Source: an uncultured Pseudomonadota bacterium (GTDB lineage: Bacteria > Myxococcota_A > Polyangia > Fen-1088). From it: 64,000 bases of DNA. The DNA is taken from NCBI GenBank assembly GCA_963847705.1, contig CAWKBC010000030.1:498691-562690 (forward strand), given 5' to 3'. The position numbers and the translations under genes were made by a program. Below the pieces are notes generated by a model. It made no database searches. It saw nothing but the letters and a program-made list of their open reading frames with translations, and had not been told where the DNA came from. The first letter of the stretch is position 1, and each line of letters opens with the position of its first letter. Shown here in pieces: positions 39,400 through 48,818 of the stretch.

Positions 39400-42300
39400 T
39401 CAGCGGGCGTACGCCTCTTGCGGTGATGCGGGAGCCGGCTGCTCGTCCTCTGCGGGCGGGATTGGTCTGGCGAGCATCGTGAAGATGGACGGCACCAAGA
39501 AAAGAGACAGGAAGGTCGACGACGTGAGGCCTCCGACGACTGCCAGGGCCAGCGCCTGATTCGCCTCCGTTCCCGCCTCCAGCCCGAGCGCGGTCGGAAG
39601 CAGCCCAATGACCGTGGCGAGGCTGGTCATCACGATGGGCGTAAAGCGCGTGCGAGCTGCCGCGACGATTGCATCCTCCTTGGTCCCGCCATGATTCAGG
39701 TTCACGCTGGCCTCTGCGACCAGCAGAATCCCGTTCGAGACGGCGATCCCGATGACCATGAGCACCCCCATGAGCGCCGTCACGGAGAACCCCTGGCCCG
39801 CGGCCAAGAGGGCGAGCGTGATCCCCACCAGGCAGACGGGAATGGCGAACAGCATGACCAGGGGCAAGCGCAGCGATTTGAACTGGATCGTCATCACCAT
39901 GAAGACGACCATGACCGCGAGAGCGACAGCGACACCCAGCCCGGAGAAGGTCGTCCGCATCAGGTCCATCTCGCCCACGTAGCTCCACTTGATGCGGTTC
40001 GTTCTGGGATCGGCGGCCAACCTCTCGTCGAGCTCCTTGGCGACGCTGCCGACGTCGCGCCCTTCGGTCTGCATGTAGACCTCGGTGACGCGCTTCATGT
40101 GATCGCGTTCGATGGCGATTGGGCCCGCCGCACGCTCGATGTCGGCGTAGGCCGATAGAGTGATCGGCTTGGCGTCGCTCGTCACCCGCACCGGCAGCTG
40201 GGCCAGCGCGCCGGTGTCGGGGACGTCCTTCTCATCGTAATAGGTGACGACGTAGTAGGCCTGACCGTTCTGTGGATCGATCCAGACGCTCGGCGCGTTG
40301 ATGTTCCCCAGCGTCGCATCCAGGGTCACCTGCGCGGCCTGGCGGGCCGTCACGTCGACGAATCCGGCCTGCGACCTCAGGGTGTTGACGTGCAGCTCGG
40401 GATACGTGGTTTGCAGCTGCACGCGGATGTCCCGGACGCCGCCGATCGTGCGCGCGACCTCGGCCACCGCGTGGGCCTGGTCCTCGAGCACGGTGAGGTT
40501 GTCGTTCTGGATCTCGATTGCAATCGGAGCCACGTAGCCGTTCGAGAACACACTCGCCACCAATCCGCCCGGCCACTGCAGGAACTCGACGCCCGGATAA
40601 TGTGCAATGAGCAGGGAGCGCATCTGGTCGGCGATCTGGCGTTGGGTGTGCTTGCGGTGCTCCGGATCGACGAGGGCCACCCGGATGAAGCCCATGTGTG
40701 GGCCGTCGTTCGGGCTGGTCATCGCGCTGCGCGCGTTCTCGGGCGACCCTTGGTTGGTCAGGACCAGCTCGACCTCGCCGCTGGGAAGCTGCTCGTGAAG
40801 CATCTTCGCCATCTCGCGCACCCGCCGCGAGGCTTCGTCGAGCGAGATCCCCGGCGAAAAGCGCACGTAGACCCGCTCCATCGACTCGTCGATCTCCGGG
40901 AAGAAGGCGCTGGGGAGGCGGGTGGCCGCCCACCCCGCGCCAGCGGTGAGCAAGACACAGGCCACGATGATCCAGACGCGCACGCCCAGCGCCCTCCGCA
41001 GAATACGGGAGTATCCCTCGGCCAGCCGGTCGATTGCCTCTCCCAGCCTCTTCCCGATGCCCTGCGGTTCCTTGGTGCCCAGGACGAATCGGCAGGCCAC
41101 CGGCGTCACGAACATGCTGACGAGATAGGAGACGATCATCGCGACGGCGACGGTGAGCGCCAGTGGCGCGAAGAGCCTCTTGGCCAGGCCCGCCAGCAGC
41201 AACACCGGCAAGAGGACAGCGATCGTGGTCAGCGTCGAGGCCAGCACCGGCAACGCCACCGCGTTCGTCCCCTCGAGTGCCGCGCGGTAAGGGGACAAGC
41301 CCCGGCGCTGGTGCCGATGGATCGATTCCAGGACGACCACGGCGTCGTCGACCAGGCGACCCATGGCCAACGTCAATCCGCCCAGCGTGAAGGAGTTCAG
41401 CGTCTGGCCGGTCGCGTAGAGAACGATCAAGGTCACCGCGAAGGAGAGCGGGATCGCGACGGCGACGATGAGGGTGCCCCGGAAGCTCTGAAGAAAGATG
41501 AGGATGACGAGTGAGATCAGGACCAGGGCCTGAAGCACCTCCCGTTTGAGCCCGGAGTAGGAGGTCTTGACGAACGTCGACTGATCGAAGACCGGCTTCA
41601 CGACCATGCCCGGCGGAAGGTTGGCCAGACCACCCACGACCTTCTTGACCGCGTCGACGATCTTGATGGTGTTCCCGCCCGGGATCCGCAGAACATTCAG
41701 GTAGACGGCATTCTGGCCGTTCACCGAGACGGCCTGAGTGGGCGCCGCACCGCCATCTTCGACCCGGGCCACGTCCGAGATGTACACTGGCCGCCCCCCG
41801 ACCAACTTCACCATCGCGTCGCCGATCTGCCCGACACGCCTGGGGACCGCGTCGGTGTAGACGTTGGCATCGAAGGTCGGCGCGATGAATTCGCCCGACG
41901 GCAGGAGCGCGTTGGCTTGCGCCACTGCGGCCGAGACGTCCTCGGCCGTCAGGCCACGGGATTGGGCCTCGGCCCGGTGGACGATCACGTTGATCTGGCG
42001 CTGCCGTCCGCCGTTGGGCGAAGCGCTGGCGACGCCGGGAATCCCTTCCAGAAGGGGCTCGATGTTGTTGAGCGCGTAGTCGTAGAGCTGCGGCCCAGAG
42101 AGCCCGCCGCCGGAGACGGTCACCTGCACGACCGGGGCATTGGTGGGGTCGAACTGCAGCACGAAAGGGGGAATCACGCCCAAGGACTTGGGGACGGCGG
42201 ACATCGCGAACTGGACCTGCTGCTGGACCAAGGTCTGCGCGGCGTTGAGATCGGTACCCCACTCGAGCCAGACGTAGGCGATGCTGAGGTTGTTGCGCGA

Positions 42301-42543
42301 CTCGCTCTGCACGTGCTCGACCCCGGGCGTCGCACTCACATACTTTTCGATTCGCCAGGTCAGCGTCTTTTCAACGTCTTTGGCAGCCAGGCCAGGGGCC
42401 AGAGTCCCGACCACCAGCACGGGCGGTGTCAGGTTTGGAAACGTGTCGATCGCCATGCGCGGCGTCACGACCCAGGCGAAAATGAGCGCCCCGATGCCGA
42501 GCATCAGGCTGGCGAGCGGATTCCGTAGAGAAAGATGGGTCAC
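39400..42543 (-). CDS. RND efflux permease
   Basis: 1047 aa; GRLVDDAVVVLE, VSNGILLV, RFTPIVMTSLA. Confidence 0.93.
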   Translation of the reverse strand: MTHLSLRNPLASLMLGIGALIFAWVVTPRMAIDTFPNLTPPVLVVGTLAPGLAAKDVEKTLTWRIEKYVSATPGVEHVQSESRNNLSIAYVWLEWGTDLNAAQTLVQQQVQFAMSAVPKSLGVIPPFVLQFDPTNAPVVQVTVSGGGLSGPQLYDYALNNIEPLLEGIPGVASASPNGGRQRQINVIVHRAEAQSRGLTAEDVSAAVAQANALLPSGEFIAPTFDANVYTDAVPRRVGQIGDAMVKLVGGRPVYISDVARVEDGGAAPTQAVSVNGQNAVYLNVLRIPGGNTIKIVDAVKKVVGGLANLPPGMVVKPVFDQSTFVKTSYSGLKREVLQALVLISLVILIFLQSFRGTLIVAVAIPLSFAVTLIVLYATGQTLNSFTLGGLTLAMGRLVDDAVVVLESIHRHQRRGLSPYRAALEGTNAVALPVLASTLTTIAVLLPVLLLAGLAKRLFAPLALTVAVAMIVSYLVSMFVTPVACRFVLGTKEPQGIGKRLGEAIDRLAEGYSRILRRALGVRVWIIVACVLLTAGAGWAATRLPSAFFPEIDESMERVYVRFSPGISLDEASRRVREMAKMLHEQLPSGEVELVLTNQGSPENARSAMTSPNDGPHMGFIRVALVDPEHRKHTQRQIADQMRSLLIAHYPGVEFLQWPGGLVASVFSNGYVAPIAIEIQNDNLTVLEDQAHAVAEVARTIGGVRDIRVQLQTTYPELHVNTLRSQAGFVDVTARQAAQVTLDATLGNINAPSVWIDPQNGQAYYVVTYYDEKDVPDTGALAQLPVRVTSDAKPITLSAYADIERAAGPIAIERDHMKRVTEVYMQTEGRDVGSVAKELDERLAADPRTNRIKWSYVGEMDLMRTTFSGLGVAVALAVMVVFMVMTIQFKSLRLPLVMLFAIPVCLVGITLALLAAGQGFSVTALMGVLMVIGIAVSNGILLVAEASVNLNHGGTKEDAIVAAARTRFTPIVMTSLATVIGLLPTALGLEAGTEANQALALAVVGGLTSSTFLSLFLVPSIFTMLARPIPPAEDEQPAPASPQEAYAR

Positions 42544-43769
42544 AGGGGTCTTCCGAAGCCCCCGCCACGGGTTCCGCCGTCGCTTTCCGTGGGCGCCTCC
42601 GCCGGCTCGAGGTGTGGCGTGACCGCGTCCCCGTCCGAGAGTAAGGATCGCCCTTCGGTCACGATCTGGGTATTCACGGGTAGCGTCCTGGGATCGAAGT
42701 AGAGCCCGTCGGCGCGCTCGCCCAGCAGAGCCAACTGCCGCAGATGGGCGACGTTGTTCTCCACCACGAAGATCTTGGCCTTGCCATGTTCTTGCGTGGC
42801 GGAATCCAGCGGGATTCTGCTGGCAGGAACCGGTTTGCCGACGTTCATGTGAACCGTCGCGGTGGTGCTGGTCGGAATCTGGCGGTGCGGATCTGCGACG
42901 TCGATCTCGAAGTGGATGGTGCGGGTCGCCGGGTCGGCCTTGGGAGCTCGCCGGGTGACGGCAGCGAACAGGGTGGCTCCCGTGGCGAGGACATCAATGC
43001 GGACCGGCGCGCCCACGGTCGCGACGTTGAAATCCTTCTCCGGCGCGTCGACGACGATCCGAACGGTGTTCCGATCGACGATGGAGACGATCGTCGCGCC
43101 TGGGTGAACGAACGCGCCCGGATCAATGGACCGGGTGGCGATCTCACCGTCGAACGGGGCCTTGAGCGCGCAGTCGTTGACTTCCAGCGAGGCGGCCAGG
43201 CCCTTGGCCTTGCTTTCGAGGACGTGCGACTGTTCCGCAGAGCTCTGCGCCGAGGTCTGCTCCACCTGATTGGGCGCGATGAAGCCACCCTTGAGCATCG
43301 ATGCCTCGCGCGCGGCCTCATCCGCGGTGGCCCGTTGCTGCTGTCCGATCGCCTGCGCCTGCAGCTGGACGGCCCGGCTCACGGCGTTGGGGTGGGCGCA
43401 GTCGAGCGTTGCCACGACCTGACCGCGCGTCACGGGATCGCCGGGCCGTACCAGAACCGTCGTCACGTAAGCCGATATGTACTGAGGGCCGACGCTGGCC
43501 TCTATCCACGAATCGATGGCTCCGACGTAGGTTCGGCTGTCGGAAAAAGGCGCCGCCTCGGCGCCGACGACCGAGACAGGCCGCGGGGCCTCCGAGAGCG
43601 CCACGCGGTTGATCTTCCCTTCGGCGTGGTGAACCAAAAGAACGCCGGAAACGACGAGAAGGGCCGTGACCCCACCGATCGTGATGAGCTCGCGCCGATG
43701 ACCAACTCGGCGCTCACGCTTTGCGTTCCGTTCCTGCGACCGCTCACTCTCTTCGACATCAGCGGTCAT
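42540..43769 (-). CDS. RND periplasmic adaptor (membrane fusion protein)
   Basis: VRPGDPV, LKAPFDG, DPATRT; overlaps the permease start. Confidence 0.9.
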   Translation of the reverse strand: MTADVEESERSQERNAKRERRVGHRRELITIGGVTALLVVSGVLLVHHAEGKINRVALSEAPRPVSVVGAEAAPFSDSRTYVGAIDSWIEASVGPQYISAYVTTVLVRPGDPVTRGQVVATLDCAHPNAVSRAVQLQAQAIGQQQRATADEAAREASMLKGGFIAPNQVEQTSAQSSAEQSHVLESKAKGLAASLEVNDCALKAPFDGEIATRSIDPGAFVHPGATIVSIVDRNTVRIVVDAPEKDFNVATVGAPVRIDVLATGATLFAAVTRRAPKADPATRTIHFEIDVADPHRQIPTSTTATVHMNVGKPVPASRIPLDSATQEHGKAKIFVVENNVAHLRQLALLGERADGLYFDPRTLPVNTQIVTEGRSLLSDGDAVTPHLEPAEAPTESDGGTRGGGFGRPL

Positions 43770-44001
43770 GCGTGCCCTCGGCTCCTACCTGTCGATGATC
43801 TGATCGAACGTAAGCATGAGCTTGGCGATGGCAATCTGACCGGCCCCCTCGGACCGGCGCGCCGGCGCTGCTTCGGGTGACGCGGGATTCGAAGCGGGCG
43901 GCGTCCGGCAACCCAGCGCGGGCGCGCGCCGATTCGTCGCGGCGACGTCCGGCCGGATGCGAGCAAACCGGCCGAACGTCAAGATTCAGAGCGGAACTGT
44001 T

Positions 44002-44394
44002 CTATTTGGGGTCGGGCTTGGCGGCGGACAGCGCCTTCTTGGCCTTGACGCCGGACTTCTCCGAATCGTTGCCAGAGCTCTTCATTTGCTTGGCCTCGTC
44101 GCCCATGGCTTCGCCTGCCTTCTCGACGGCGTGCCCCTTCTTCTTCTTCTTCTCACCGGCCATCTCCTCGGCTTTGTCGCCGTTCTTTTTGCCGGCCTTC
44201 TCTTCGGCCTTGCCGCTCTTCTCCATCTTGGCGCCCTTGCTCTTCTTCACATCGGCGGCCTTCTCTTCGGCACCGCCCTTCTCCTCCATGGTGTTGCCGG
44301 CCTTTTCGGCCGCGGTGTCGGCGCGCGCGACCGCACCGGTGAGATAGGCGGTGGCGGCGAGAGTCAGAGAGAGCCTAATCAATGAGCGAACCAT
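44002..44394 (-). CDS. Secreted Lys/Glu-rich hydrophilin-like protein
   Basis: Signal peptide ARA|D; repeated EKAG/MEK units; GGAGG RBS. Confidence 0.7.
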   Translation of the reverse strand: MVRSLIRLSLTLAATAYLTGAVARADTAAEKAGNTMEEKGGAEEKAADVKKSKGAKMEKSGKAEEKAGKKNGDKAEEMAGEKKKKKGHAVEKAGEAMGDEAKQMKSSGNDSEKSGVKAKKALSAAKPDPK

Positions 44395-44700
44395 GTGGAG
44401 ACCTCCGTGTGATTGCGAGCTGAGAAGCGCAGAGAGCGATTCACAGGCCGCCACAACATGGGTCCTGGATCCTCGGGGCGCTAGGGCCTGCTTCGAATCG
44501 GTCACACATGCGTCGACCGCCTCAGCGGCCGCGAGAATTCCTATCCAGGGCTCGGTGGCCGGCTCCAGGCGAACCACGCAGGCCACGTCGGAGGCGAGCG
44601 CACCCAGGGCGCTCAGCTCGCTTCGCGCCTCTTGCAGGAGATAACCTGACAGGTCGATCTCGTTCTTGCCCCCTGCGGGCGTGAAGTCGCCCAAGAGAGG

Positions 44701-44919
44701 GTGAAGCGCTTCACGCTCGGTTACACACGCCTACAGTCGACCAAAGGCAGCTGGATTGTCGTCCCGAACAGCGTGATGCTGGCGAGCGTCCTCATCAAAG
44801 CCGCTTCCACGGAGAAGGATTCGATCAGCGAGGCCGCTCCCTCGGAGCCCCTCTCGCGTACGCCGCCCGCGGGGGCGGAGCCCGGACCGCGCGGCAGCGA
44901 GAGGCCGGATAGCGGGTAA
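44701..44919 (+). pseudogene. Possible MscS beta-domain fragment
   Basis: FTLGYTRLQSTKGSWIVVPNSVM. Confidence 0.4.
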
Positions 44920-45108
44920 CGTACGCGGGTCCATTCCCGCCGGAGAAGCAGGGCCTCTCGAGCAAGCGTCCCTTCAGGTCCACCGTCTACGAAAAGGTGA
45001 GCTCACCAGGGGATCTTGACGCTGTTCGTGACGGCAAAAATGTTTCCGCCTCGGATGTCACCCGGTTAGAAACGCAACACCGAGCTCCCTTGGATTGCCG
45101 GAATCGGC

Positions 45109-45124
45109 GGGCACGAGGTCTGCA
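45109..45124 (+). promoter_or_regulatory. Candidate sigma54 promoter
   Basis: GGGCACGAGGTCTGCA, 15 nt before the in-frame GTG. Confidence 0.55.
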
Positions 45125-45139
45125 CCACCAGGATGGGTC

Positions 45140-45817
45140 GTGTCCTGCAAGCGGGCAATCTCCGGGGGGCTCGTGCTCTTGCTCTGCGCCTTACCGACGG
45201 CGGCCGGGGCGGCGGTCGACACATCTCGGGATGACGGGTGCCTCCAGCGACGGTGTAGGAGGGCGGAGCTTCCTTCCAATCCCCTCAACGAGCTCGAACG
45301 TGCCGACCGGACCATCGAAGGTCTGCTCGGCCGGCGGGTACCAGAGTGGTCACCGGAGGCTGATGCCATCAAGTGGGAGGTGGACTCGATCCTCGCCGGA
45401 ATGTTGGACTACCAGCAGATCGCGCGAAGCTCCCTCGGCGGTGACTGGGACCGGCTCTCGATCGCTCAGAGGGCTGCGTTCTTGAGAGCCCTCTCTGGCC
45501 TCACAAACCGCGCCTTCGTGTCAGGGATAACCCGCTCCGATGTTCAACTGCGCTTCGGTTCCGAGACCGTCTTGGGCCCGAAGGCCAGCGTCATGGTCAC
45601 GGCGACCGTGCCCGGAGGAAGCTCAGACGCCGACCAGCAGATCGAGTACCGGCTGTCCCAAAAACAAGGCCGATGGCTGATCTACGACGTTCTCGTCAAT
45701 GGGGTGGGCCTCGTCGACCGCTATCACGCGCAATTCGCTCGACTGATCCAGAGAGAGGGCGCCTCTGGCCTCATCGACCGCATGCAGCGCAAGCTGGAAG
45801 TAACGGGGCGGTATTGA
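45140..45817 (+). CDS. MlaC/Ttg2D-family periplasmic binding protein
   Basis: LDYQQIARSSLG..W, IEYRL...WLIYDVLVNGVGLVDRYHAQF. Confidence 0.85.
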   Translation: MSCKRAISGGLVLLLCALPTAAGAAVDTSRDDGCLQRRCRRAELPSNPLNELERADRTIEGLLGRRVPEWSPEADAIKWEVDSILAGMLDYQQIARSSLGGDWDRLSIAQRAAFLRALSGLTNRAFVSGITRSDVQLRFGSETVLGPKASVMVTATVPGGSSDADQQIEYRLSQKQGRWLIYDVLVNGVGLVDRYHAQFARLIQREGASGLIDRMQRKLEVTGRY

Positions 45818-46027
45818 CCTCACGACGCGAGCGAGCTCGCCGGCCGAAAATCCGGGGTCGCGCATACGCCGACAGGGAATCCCCTGCGGAACACCCGGGA
45901 AGACCGGGAAGGTTCCGGCCGCCAGCGGCGGGTAGGTGAGGTGACGCCTTCTCGGGCTTCTTCGGTAGGGCTGCTGCCGTCTCGAAGGCCCGACCGTCTA
46001 CGGCGTTTTGGCGTTACTATCTCACTG

Positions 46028-47242
46028 ATGCGCGCACGCGCGACGGCCCTCCTGTCCACTGTCGCTCTGCTCGCCGGGATCGGCTGCGCGTCGACGCCGA
46101 AGCCCAAGGAGATCGTGGCGCTCGAGGATCTGCGGTCCAACCCGACGCTGTCGGACCCGGATCGGCAGGCGTTCGATCTCCTGGCGGCCGCCGACGGGTT
46201 GTTGGTTCTGGCGTCGCGGGAATGGGAGGGACGGGACCCGGTCGCGGCCCGGCGGGACGCGCTCATGGGGCAGATCAAGATGAAGACCGCCCTGGCGCTT
46301 CTGGAGGCGGAGCGGACCCGGGCCAAGGTGGCCGAGCTCGACGAGGAGCTGGCCATCTCGCGCGAGGAAGAGGAGCGACTCGACGCCGAGCTGGCAACCG
46401 CCCAGGAGGAGACCGATCTGCTGGAGCGACTCCGGGCGGTGAAGCAGGCCTCGGCAGCTCAAAAGAAGGCGCTCTCCGAAGCGATGGACAGCGCCAGGAA
46501 GCAGGCCGCCACGGAGCGACAACGGTTGACGGAGCAGCTCTCCGGTGAAAAGAGAAAGGCCCAGGCGCTGGACGGAATTCGGGTCGTCGAGCTGACTCTC
46601 AAGATCGCGGAGACCGTCGACGCTCCTCACTACGCCCAGGCAAAATATGTCGCGGCGACCGGCATGCTCCAGGACGCGCACAAGGAGTTCGACGCTGGTC
46701 ACTGGGACGAGTCGGCCGCCCGCTCGACCTTGGCCCAAGCAGAGGCAGAAGGTGGGATTGCGATTGCCCGGCCGCAGTACGAGAAAGCGGCGCAGGCGAT
46801 GAGCAATCGCGCGCGGGATCGCGAGCTCGAGAACGACGCGACCTCCATTGCGGGCGTGCAGACCAGGTTGGAGCGTGAAGGGGATCTCCAGCGGCTGGTG
46901 CTGGTCTTCCACGGCCTCTTCGCGGACAGGCAGGCGGCGCTGCGGCCGGAGGGGGCGAAGACTCTCGGCGAGGTCAAGGACCTCCTGAACAAATACCCGA
47001 CCTATCCGCTGCAACTCACCGTCTTCACCGAAGGCCAGGACAAGCAGGACGATCTGGTGGCGCGCTCGCTTGCCCGCGCCAACGCGGTGTTTTGGGCGCT
47101 GGTGGGGCAGGGCGTAGATCCCAAGCGCATGAGCGTCGACGGCAAGGGCTCGCCAAGCCCGAGCGCCGACAGCTCAGCGACCGCCCACGTCACCGAAAAC
47201 GCCCGCGTCGAGCTCTCGGTCCTGTACCACGGCACCGAGTGA
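46028..47242 (+). CDS. Coiled-coil lipoprotein with degenerate OmpA-like C-terminal domain
   Basis: GIGC lipobox; SLARANAV...GVDPKRM...NARVEL. Confidence 0.8.
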   Translation: MRARATALLSTVALLAGIGCASTPKPKEIVALEDLRSNPTLSDPDRQAFDLLAAADGLLVLASREWEGRDPVAARRDALMGQIKMKTALALLEAERTRAKVAELDEELAISREEEERLDAELATAQEETDLLERLRAVKQASAAQKKALSEAMDSARKQAATERQRLTEQLSGEKRKAQALDGIRVVELTLKIAETVDAPHYAQAKYVAATGMLQDAHKEFDAGHWDESAARSTLAQAEAEGGIAIARPQYEKAAQAMSNRARDRELENDATSIAGVQTRLEREGDLQRLVLVFHGLFADRQAALRPEGAKTLGEVKDLLNKYPTYPLQLTVFTEGQDKQDDLVARSLARANAVFWALVGQGVDPKRMSVDGKGSPSPSADSSATAHVTENARVELSVLYHGTE

Positions 47243-47291
47243 CCGAGCAGGCGCTCCCGAGTGAGGTGTCAGACTGCGCCGGCAGCCCCCG

Positions 47292-47612
47292 TTAGCCCGG
47301 GCAACCTTTCTTCTTGGGGTTCTTGCAGCAGGCGAGGGCCTTCTTGGCGTCCGTGACTTTGCCCTTCGCCGTCTTGGCGTCGTCCTTGGCTTTGTCCTTC
47401 AGGGGCTTTTCGCAGCTGGTCTTGTCCTTCCCCTTCTTGTCTGCGCAGGACGAGAGGTCAGGTTTGGCTGCGGCCTTCGCCGCAGTGTTGGCGTCATCGA
47501 CCGCCTTTTGCTGGGCGCTGCAGTCGGGTTTGGCTGCCGCATCCGCCGCGAAGGCGGCCGAGCCGAAGCCCAGGAGCAGAGCCGGAACCAGAGTCATGAG
47601 CGTGCGTTTCAT
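47292..47612 (-). CDS. Small secreted Lys-rich six-Cys protein
   Basis: Signal peptide AFA|A; AAGGAG RBS. Confidence 0.7.
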   Translation of the reverse strand: MKRTLMTLVPALLLGFGSAAFAADAAAKPDCSAQQKAVDDANTAAKAAAKPDLSSCADKKGKDKTSCEKPLKDKAKDDAKTAKGKVTDAKKALACCKNPKKKGCPG

Positions 47613-47654
47613 CGTGTCGTCTCCTTTGTGTGGGTCGCCCAAATCGGGCCGATG

Positions 47655-48716
47655 TCAGTAATCGAAGCTGAAGTCGTTGTCTGGATCCGTCTTGAAGCGA
47701 TCCAAAAATGGCGAATAGGTTTGAACAGCCACCCGATGCTCAGCCGGGCTGAACCGCATGAGGCGGAGGTAACCGCCGCCGCCCAGCGGCTCCATCTGAA
47801 AGTTGGCCAGGAGCTGATGGACCGGCGCGCCCTCAGGGCGCGTGCTGGTCAGACGGCCGACGCCGTCTTCCAGATCGTGGCCGCACAGCACGAACAGGAT
47901 GTTGTCGTTGTCGCGGATCAACTTTCGCCAGATCTCTTCGCCGTCGTTCACGCTGCCTGGAACCCGATCGTCCAGATAGACGTGGGGATTCCAGAGCTGG
48001 TCCGGACGCGTCCGATGGTCGTAGCGGGTGTCGTCGGAGTAAAGGTACGCGTGAGTGACCACGATCGTCGGCGCCGACGGGTGTTGCTTCACGATTCCGT
48101 TTGCCCACGTGAGGACGGCGTCCCGTGGCCCGAATTCCAGCGACAGAATGAGCCAGGGGCCGCCGGGGGCGTCGATGAGCTGGAAGCTGTTCTCGATGTG
48201 GTTCGGCTCGAACGTTCCGCCGAACGACGGCATCGCGGCGAAGGTCGAGGCAGGGAAGTAGCGGTTGATCAGACTGTTCCGGCTGACCAGGTTCCCGTTT
48301 CTGGAATAGTCGTGATTTCCTGAGGTCACCATGTAGGGCACCACACCATCCAGGAGATGGAGACTCCCGGACGCCGACGCCCACTGTTCGGGCTCGTCCT
48401 CGTCGACGATGTCACCCTCGTGGACCACCAGGGCAACCTCGGCCGAGCCTTGCTGGTCGACGATCCATTGCGATTGAGCCCGAAGGATCTCCGGATGGGC
48501 GGCGGCGTAGTACTGGGTGTCGGGCAGCGCGACGATCGTGAAGTCGCTCTGACGACGGAGCTCGCACCCTCCGGTCACCGCCACGCAGCCGAGAGCCAGC
48601 GACAAGAAAACGAACAGCCGAGGCCCGATCGTTGCGTGTCGCCACGATGGCGCGGGAGCAGGTGGACGACAAAGCCGCGGAACATCGCGGTTTCCCGTCG
48701 TTGGGGGCGGACGCAT
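47655..48716 (-). CDS. Calcineurin-like metallophosphoesterase lipoprotein
   Basis: DTQ, HEGDIVD, GNHD, THAY, GHD motifs; TGGC lipobox. Confidence 0.85.
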   Translation of the reverse strand: MRPPPTTGNRDVPRLCRPPAPAPSWRHATIGPRLFVFLSLALGCVAVTGGCELRRQSDFTIVALPDTQYYAAAHPEILRAQSQWIVDQQGSAEVALVVHEGDIVDEDEPEQWASASGSLHLLDGVVPYMVTSGNHDYSRNGNLVSRNSLINRYFPASTFAAMPSFGGTFEPNHIENSFQLIDAPGGPWLILSLEFGPRDAVLTWANGIVKQHPSAPTIVVTHAYLYSDDTRYDHRTRPDQLWNPHVYLDDRVPGSVNDGEEIWRKLIRDNDNILFVLCGHDLEDGVGRLTSTRPEGAPVHQLLANFQMEPLGGGGYLRLMRFSPAEHRVAVQTYSPFLDRFKTDPDNDFSFDY

Positions 48717-48729
48717 CGCGGGGTGGCCT

Positions 48730-48745
48730 AGCAAAGGCCGATCCA
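48730..48745 (-). promoter_or_regulatory. Candidate sigma54 promoter, 13 nt before ATG
   Basis: TGGATCGGCCTTTGCT. Confidence 0.65.
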
Positions 48746-48818
48746 CATGCGGCTTTCACGGATCGCCCACGGTTCGCCTCGCGCGTCCCGGCGGGAATGC
48801 CTCGAGGTTCCGAGGGCG

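Noticed and set aside
28030-44445. Degenerate sigma54-like sites near 28030, 33265, 43960 and 44430
   Set aside because: They have the -12 TGC but lack the invariant GG at -24, so were not counted
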